Positions 34,701 through 41,870 of a DNA stretch of 41,870 nucleotides are shown here, piece after piece (the first letter of the stretch is position 1; the number at the start of each line of letters is the position of its first letter). The stretch lies in NCBI GenBank assembly GCA_032718475.1, contig JAUCBJ010007989.1, positions 1 to 41,870 on the forward strand, read 5' to 3'. Position numbers and translations under genes: made by a program. Source of the stretch: Nemertoderma westbladi (taxonomy: Eukaryota; Animalia; Xenacoelomorpha). Under the pieces are notes generated by a model. That model was not told where the DNA came from and did no database searches. It worked only from the letters and a program-made list of their open reading frames with translations.

Positions 34701-35179
34701 TGACACCCTAAGTGTCACATTCCTAAGCGACGAGTCATGAGTTAGGTCCAACTGTCGCCGAGCCGGCCATGACTCTACTACTACTATTCCCAGTGTACTT
34801 ATCTTACACATTATTTTATCTGAACATTCACGATATGCAAAATTGTGGGGAGTTTTGTGCATTCTAGAAAAATAATAAACATTTATGTCTTTTATGAAGC
34901 GTCTGGGAGAGCATTACTTATGCATACGATTTCGTACAGGCTGTGCTCTACAACAGCAGAAGCCGCCATTCACATCACCATTCTCGAAATATGTAATTTA
35001 GTTACTCAAAACTGGAATAACTGCTTAGTTAACAAAACATGTCACAAAGAACAGTAAAAGAAAATAGAACTAAGACTAAGAACACCACCACCACACGAGG
35101 CAAGGCCCTCCTCCTTTAACTTTTCACCACAAGATAAACCTTCACTAATAAATACAATATATTTATCTCAAACAGTTTA

Positions 35180-38100
35180 TTAGTGACCGTACTGATCCAT
35201 TTTATCATCCACCCAGTTCCTGTAGTTGGCCACCCGAGCGTAGACGCTAGGATGGTTTGGAGAGTAGCAATCCTGACTGGATACGTAACTAGCAGCTCCG
35301 ATTACCGTCCATTTACCGTTAACATTACAGTTGAGCGGCCCACCTGAATCTCCGAAACAAACAGATTTACCGTCATCTAAACCGGCACAGACCTTACCAG
35401 GGTAGTTGGCATGGGAGCCCCAGTAGGTATCCTGTACACATCTAAAAGCAAATAATGGATTATTACAAAGGATAAACATATGGATAAGAATGTTATTGGT
35501 GAATATGAAACAAGTCATCACCGGAGTCAACCTGGGTAATCCTCTTGTGTTGGGCTGCGAGGCAACAGCCATATAATTACTGTATATAATATAATTTTAC
35601 AGTCCTAATCGAATCCTGGGGGCCATATGGGGTCGGGAAACCTACCGGGATGATGAATAAAAAAAATCGGACGGATCGTCAGACACCTGGATTCTACGTC
35701 GCCGTTTTTGTCGTGGACAACTGACCTGATGTCCATCACATTACATATATATTAAGAATGCTGTGCCGGCTTGTGATTGCTTGACGATTGCGCCGCCACA
35801 AATCCTATCACCCATGATATGATATTTGCTAGATTATCCGCATCTTCAAGGCCAGTGTCTTTTAAGATGCGTCTCAAGAAAGTAATGGGCTGTCCACCAT
35901 TGTTAATCACTCCATGAGGCCACCAAAGCACAAGATTATGCACTGGCTGGTCCTCATGGCGAAAGCAATGTCCTGCAAAGCTGACACTGACACGCTCACT
36001 GATTACACTTGGCTAATTATACATCTCAGGATCAGCGGAAAAAATTGTTATATTTCTCTAGTCTACTTACTTCTCTTGCGTCCATGCAGGTAGTAGGGCC
36101 TGATTTAAGGTCTGCTGGTCTCCAGTCCCCTTTGTATCCCCCCATCCGGTACCATAACATTCGGCCAGATGCGCCAGCTGCAGATCTTGTTGGGGCAGAC
36201 AGACTGGACTGACATTCTGGTTGAATAGGATAGGCGAGTCAAGTTTGATTAGAGCGATGTCGTTGTTTAGCAAACCGAACTGGTTGTATCTTTCGTGCAT
36301 AATTATGCGGTTGGATGCGTGGTTCACCTGCAAGCAATTGTTTAGGAACATTATATGGAAACAAATAATATAGTCATTATAAAGAATGTGTAATAATGAT
36401 AAGAACAACCCACTTATGGTCTCTATTAGGTCATCTTAACATCCCCAGCACCGACGCCAATGCTGGTTATTGGACCATGCGTTGGGTTTCAACTTTATGC
36501 TACTTTAATATTTAGTTCCGTGGAGTTCTAAGCGTATTGAGATGCGGATGGGTAAAGACCAATTAATTATTGACAAGTGACTGTAAAATAAGTAGGTTGT
36601 GATATTTCGGCCAACATTAAATAATAGCCGAAATATCGCAATAAATGTATTTTACGGTCACTTGAATTGTAACCCCACCCTACAGTGCTTTTCAACTAGT
36701 TGAAAGTTCAACTAATTAAGTTATAATATTAAAGTTATTTAGTTAAGGTGGTTTTATTTAACTTATCACTGCGAATTTAGTTAGTTAACGGTTTTTTTTA
36801 ATAGTTGACAATTTTCTATGTCCCTTTCTCCTTTAACTATTCTGAACCATCTCGTTGAGAGTCTAGACTGAATGCTCTCTAAACAATAACAATTAATAAC
36901 ACCTATTATTAAGTTAACATATAGTGCTTATCATATGAAAAGCCATTGCGAGGTGTTGTGAAACAACAATTACAAACGTTGCTATGGTTACCTGAAATAT
37001 TCCAAATTTTGTTATTTAGTTAAGTTTTAGTTGAATTTTCAACTAATAATTAACTAAACTCCTCAAAATTAGTTGAAATAATTAGTTAACTTGTCAGAAT
37101 ATTAGTATTACTTGAACAGCACTGCCCACCCACATCGCATTATGGTACCGGCCATTATCTGCTACTACAGTATATTACCATAAAAAAGCAGGCTTTTTCG
37201 AATAGAGCCATTATAGATAATATCATACAATTATATTTTCTGTCCCATGAAAACAACCAAATTAGATGTTATGTTAATTATCGCAAGAATTATTGTTTTA
37301 CTTTGTGTGTTACACTTTGCAATATAATATATTAAATACATGTATTAATATTAAGAATGATCAACGGTATCTTGTCTATGAATGAATATCAATATAATAA
37401 TTCAATGTAATATGATTTATAGTATGATAATGATAAAATACTAGAAATAATAATATAAAACCTTATACTGTAGGTATTCATGAGACAAATACAGTATGTA
37501 GCTCCTACAATACAAATCATTCATAATGAACAAATGCAAGTCTCAAATATTCTACCTAATCTATACCTAAACTATACCTATAAAAATCAAATTATCTCTG
37601 TCTCTCTCTCTCTCTGTGCTCGAACTCCTCCAAAACGGGTGGAGGGATTGCGCTGGGACTTGGCATGTGCATATATTTTTAACCAGCGGTCGTTATAGGC
37701 CACTTTGCGAAAAGTTTAATTCACGTTCAGTACCGGTACCGGGTACCAGTACGCCAGTAGGCCTATACCGGTAGCGGGAAATACCGGGTAACCCGCCTCG
37801 GGTATTGCCTGCTAGTATAATATAACTCTAACCTCAGTTCCTGCGTCTACATTGAGTTTGTGTTCCCCGACTATTACATACACATCTGAAGCTCCTTTCC
37901 CGTCGACACAATGACTTGCAGTTAGGATCCAATTCTGGTTTATTATGCTCCCTCCGCAGAAATGAAATCCCCACCAGGTTTGTAGAGAAACCTAAAATAC
38001 AATATTCACGATCAGAGATTATCTTGATGGAGGGAGATAAGACTATCATTGAGTCCGAGTTCATTATTTATATTTCTGGATCCCGTTCCAAAAAAGTCGG

Positions 38101-38334
38101 TATCGGGATCGCATTATTCGCCAGTATCCCGTTTGAACACCATACACACACCCCAGCTAAATTCCCAGTACGCCTCACCTATTAACATTAACTTACCTGC
38201 CAAGGCCAACTATTGGGTTTGGCAGGAACTCCCCCAACAACTTTTGAGCCAACATTTGGGCTAATGGCTGGGTTTCCGCAATCCTGAGCCAATGTTGCTG
38301 TTACGAACAACGAAATAAACAACAATAAAGCCAT
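35180..38334 (-). CDS. Secreted S1A serine protease, chymotrypsin/elastase-like, 271 aa, four exons: 38197-38334, 37833-37991, 36071-36327, 35180-35441
   Basis: All introns are GT-AG with matching phases (0,0,2); signal peptide [16 protein letters not shown]; propeptide CG…K|VVGG; SWPWQ; triad TASHC, NDIAL, GDSGGP; AATAAA overlaps the stop. Confidence 0.93.
36574..36664. repeat. ~90-bp imperfect hairpin in protease intron 2
   Basis: CAAGTGACTGTAAAATA…TTGTGATATTTCGGC pairs with GCCGAAATATCGCAA…TATTTTACGGTCACTTG. Confidence 0.75.
36683..37124. mobile_element. hAT-like MITE in protease intron 2
   Basis: 13-bp TIRs CAGTGCTTTTCAA / TTGAACAGCACTG (1 mismatch); flanks CCCACCCTA and CCCACCCA resemble a degenerate 8-bp TSD; internal AACTA/TAGTT repeats. 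Confidence 0.6.
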
Positions 38335-38406
38335 CGTGTAAAACTTTAACTTAAACGTCTTTGAAAACCAGAGAAACTATAAATTATGCGTCTTAATTCG
38401 AGACAA

Positions 38407-38414
38407 TATATATA
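38407..38414 (-). promoter_or_regulatory. Candidate TATA box of the protease gene
   Basis: TATATATA ~75 bp upstream of the ATG; positional evidence only. Confidence 0.4.
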
Positions 38415-38639
38415 AGAAAATAATTTGTTAGCCAAGGGAAAATACATTATTGTTAAATTTTTGAGAGAAGTGTGCGAGATAAGTGCCGCCGTTTGTATTT
38501 TAATTATAATGCGGCCGAATTAACTTTGAATATTATTGACAATTAATTAAAATATAAACACAAAGATAGATTAGTAAAATATATACATAGAGTAGGTGAT
38601 AAGTACTCACCAAATGTTACAAATATTCTATGCATGGTG

Positions 38640-39620
38640 CAAAGAATGGTACCAAGATACAGTATATGTATGGAGAGGCGGTTTTATTTCAAGGTCTTGA
38701 GCCAGCTGTGTATCTATGAAGGAAGAATTGGACTGTTCATCAAGTATGGCATATGTTCTTATTGAACCCTTAAATGTTGTCGGAGATTCCACATCAACTA
38801 AAAACACCTAGCTGCAACTTTTAAAGTTATTGCCACGAATTTGTGTGCAAGAGATATTGTACTTTTGATTCAATTCATTTGAATTTTGGGGATAATTTCT
38901 TTCAGTTGTGCGAGAAGTAGTGTTCAATTTTATGGTGTCACCCGGACATACAGTAGTAACGTGGTCAGTTGATTTACACTTCTTGCATTGACTTGTTAGT
39001 CTACATTGTGACCCTGAAGAATGTTTTCCGGTGCATTTGAAACAAAGATTTTCGCTTCTAAGGAATGCTATTTTTTCTCGATGTGCAATTGGGTTGAAAT
39101 CGTGACATTCATTGAGACTGTGTCCTGAACGACTATGAAAAATGCAATGAGTTGTATATCTTGAATTACGTTGGATTGGTTAGTGTTATGCGGTGGTTGA
39201 TAAGTATTAAAGCGTCTCGTTGGAAAATCCAATTGATTATTATTTCCATTAAAATGATGTCGAGAAACTTGAGTTGAAATATAATTTCCCTTGTTATAGG
39301 CCTAGTTGTGAAGATGGTCTAATCTGGGTTCGAGTTGGTCATATTCATCTGTAATTGGTTTGTATTTTGGGTTATATTTACTATGAGAGATACGATGTAA
39401 GAAGTCACAAAAATATGAAAATGGAGGATGTTGGTAATATTGTTCTTCATAAAGTAAACCTCGATCAATCCATTTGTTGTCTAACCAACTGGGCAGTTTT
39501 TGTCTGATCAATCTAAGACCTGTTGAAAGATTAAACTCATGGAGTTCAGGCAAGTGATCCACGTTTACGGCTAGGACACGGCAAATATCGCTGAGATCAC
39601 GAAGTCGAGATGGAGGTAAC
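38640..39620 (-). pseudogene. Old BEL/Pao gag-protease remnant
   Basis: KLPSWLDNKW…PPFSYFCDFL; CIFH…HSLNEC; LCFKC…H…C; TYAILDEQSNSSFID; stops and frameshifts. Confidence 0.8.
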
Positions 39621-40699
39621 TAAACGGAGACCCAACTACTGATATTTATATAAAATTCACTTTGGGTTACAGCTACAAATGATACTAATATCAGTGCAAT
39701 AGGAGTAAAATAAGTTGATATTCACTACAATTGAATATTAGGCAGTTCTGCTTATATAATATTAATATATTTAATATCATTTTAGAATATTATTACTCTA
39801 AAAGACACCGACGAAATGAAAAAATTGAAAAACTTAAAAAATTGAAATTTATAAAATGGAAATATAAATGGAAAAACCGTACTCATATTTAAACATGTGT
39901 GATTCTAGAACTATTGTTAACATTGGGTTGTATATACTTAAAGGCATTTGAACGACGGGAATTACAGTAATTAAGGGGGTTGGCATAGTTAATTAATTAA
40001 TTCAATTTTCTCATTATTCCGTGTGTACAGTATTTACGGTTATTTTAAATTGCAAATTAAATTGTAATTATCCTAATTATTTATCATCTATATCCGCGAT
40101 CCGTCCGTATTACTATTACTAATACTACAGTATTACTGCTTGATTGAAGTACGCGAAAGTTAAAATATGTGCAATTTATTTCTCTTTGGCGCCAAGGCCA
40201 TTAATGCTATAATTTGGTCTGGGGCATTTTTTTAATATGTATGGCATTATTATCAATTTATTATAGGAAGGGATCTAGGGGTCTTAACCTCTCTCTATAC
40301 AGTAGGAAGGGATCTAGGAGTATTAACATTGTTATTATTATAAATAGTATTACTAATTTATTTAGTACTATTTAAGAAAAAGACACTGGTAAAATATTTT
40401 GAAAATATAATTTTTGGAATCAGGGCATTGAAGTGCCCCAAAAAATGAAATCAGTATGGACGAAAATAAAAAAAACAAAAATATGAATAAAATAGATAAT
40501 GAATGACATAATCTCGCAGTGGTTAAGCTATGCGCCTGGGCCCCCATGTCAAGATTACAAGATTTTCAAGCACATATGCCAAGCACGAGCATGGCTAAAT
40601 ACAGCGCCCATGTGAAGTTTCCCAGGCGTGTTTTTCTGTTACACCCCCCCCCCCCCCCCGGTATATCTGTGTGAATAAATTTATTAGTACCTTTCTCCT

Positions 40700-41870
40700 T
40701 CAAATGGTAACAAAATCATTTATTGTTTTGGTTAGAAAAAGCCCTCTCTGTAACCTTAGAGGCTGTAGCTTAAGAAAACTCATTCTCTCCATGTAACTAC
40801 GGCTGCCGAGGTTACAGCGCTTAAAAAGACGCCGGGTGAAGTAACGCTGAACCCGTTCGATTAAATCAATACTACCTATAACGTAAATGGAGAGCAAACG
40901 GCAGTACAATATTCTACTGTAGTAATGGTCTGGCATATGACTTATACGCTGTAAAAATGGCTTTCAGGTTACATGTATAAAAGCACTTACACGGTAGTGA
41001 AGATCAAATTTCAAATCGTGATTCACAGTTACACCAAGATCTCTACAAAAGTCATCATTTTTTATAAGGTTACCATTAAGAAAGTATTGCACAGGTGACA
41101 CCTTTATACCAGTTGTAGATAAATGAACTACTGAAAATTTGTGTGCAGCTATCTTGACCTGCCACTCATTAGCCCAAGTCTCTAGTGATTTGAGAGCTTC
41201 TGCTAATGAATGGATGTCTGATGATTTGCTGTACAACTTGAGATCGTCAGCGAATAAATTACAACAGGTGCTGGTGCCTATAATATCAGGTAAATCATTA
41301 ACATAGAGTAAAAATAATAATGGCCCTAAAACGCTTCCTTGAATTGTACCTGATATAACTTTGCTTACGATCATTCGATTTTTATCATTCGAGGTTAAGA
41401 CCCCTAGATCCCTTCCTATAATAAACTTTGCTTATGACAGAAATAGTATTACCAACCAAGACTTGTTGGGTACGATTACGTAGAAAAGCACCAAATCCAC
41501 AATAACAAGTGACCCGAGATACCGTAGCTAGCAAGTTTAGCCAAAAGTTTCCAGTGAACGACAGAATCAAACGCCTTGGCGAAATCTATGTATATCAGGT
41601 CTATAGAGCTGCGACTGACAAGCAGCTTAAACCATTTATTATTAATGTCAAGCAATTGAGTACAAGTACTGCGGCGTTTCATAAATCCATGTTGCGACTT
41701 GCTAATAATATTATGCAACCTTAATTACAATAATACATCATTTTTGATACATAACTCCATTATTTTACATGTTACACATGTAAGCGAAATGGGGCGGTAG
41801 TTATAGGGATTAGTGTGGCTGCCTTTCTTAAAGAGGATGTTAGCAGTGAGCCATATAGAGGGTAAAGCGT
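40700..41870 (-). mobile_element. Decayed CR1/L2-group LINE reverse-transcriptase fragment, runs off the window
   Basis: NYRPISLTC, QHGF, YIDFAKAFDSV, QGSVLGPLLFLLYVNDL, LFADDLKLY, RDLGV, IERVQRYFTR. Confidence 0.9.

Noticed and set aside
34700-34830. 5' LTR and PBS of the - strand BEL element (…AGTCA TGGCCGG…)
   Set aside because: No second LTR to define boundaries and no tRNA 3' end that I recognise.
35442-35572. N-terminal part of ORF 35180-35572 (and of 36067-36408) as protein
   Set aside because: These are intron read-through; splice acceptors at 35442-35443 and 36328-36329 define the real exons.

Overview
Eukaryotic, most likely invertebrate, genomic DNA dominated by transposable elements; no prokaryotic genes, rRNA, tRNA or CRISPR were found. 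Two non-TE-looking genes: an intronless RING-H2 ORF (3900-4391, -) and a complete four-exon secreted chymotrypsin/elastase-type serine protease (35180-38334, -). The most unusual feature is a 12.1-kb BEL/Pao LTR element (4440-16537, +). It keeps an open 1515-aa Gag-protease ORF but has lost RT/RNase H by in-frame deletion and has no integrase. It has no tRNA primer-binding site; instead the 11 nt directly after the 5' LTR are the exact reverse complement of an 11-mer inside the LTR, as in Tf1-type self-priming. It also carries duplicated G-U-rich RNA hairpins in its leader and a second duplicated hairpin downstream of the ORF. 20765-34700 is a rearranged cluster of decayed LTR elements (Mag-like Gypsy, CsRN1-like Gypsy, a split BEL/Pao). 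MITE-like inverted repeats, minisatellites, a further BEL remnant and a CR1-type LINE fragment fill the rest. All alignments and folds were done by eye, with no database searches.
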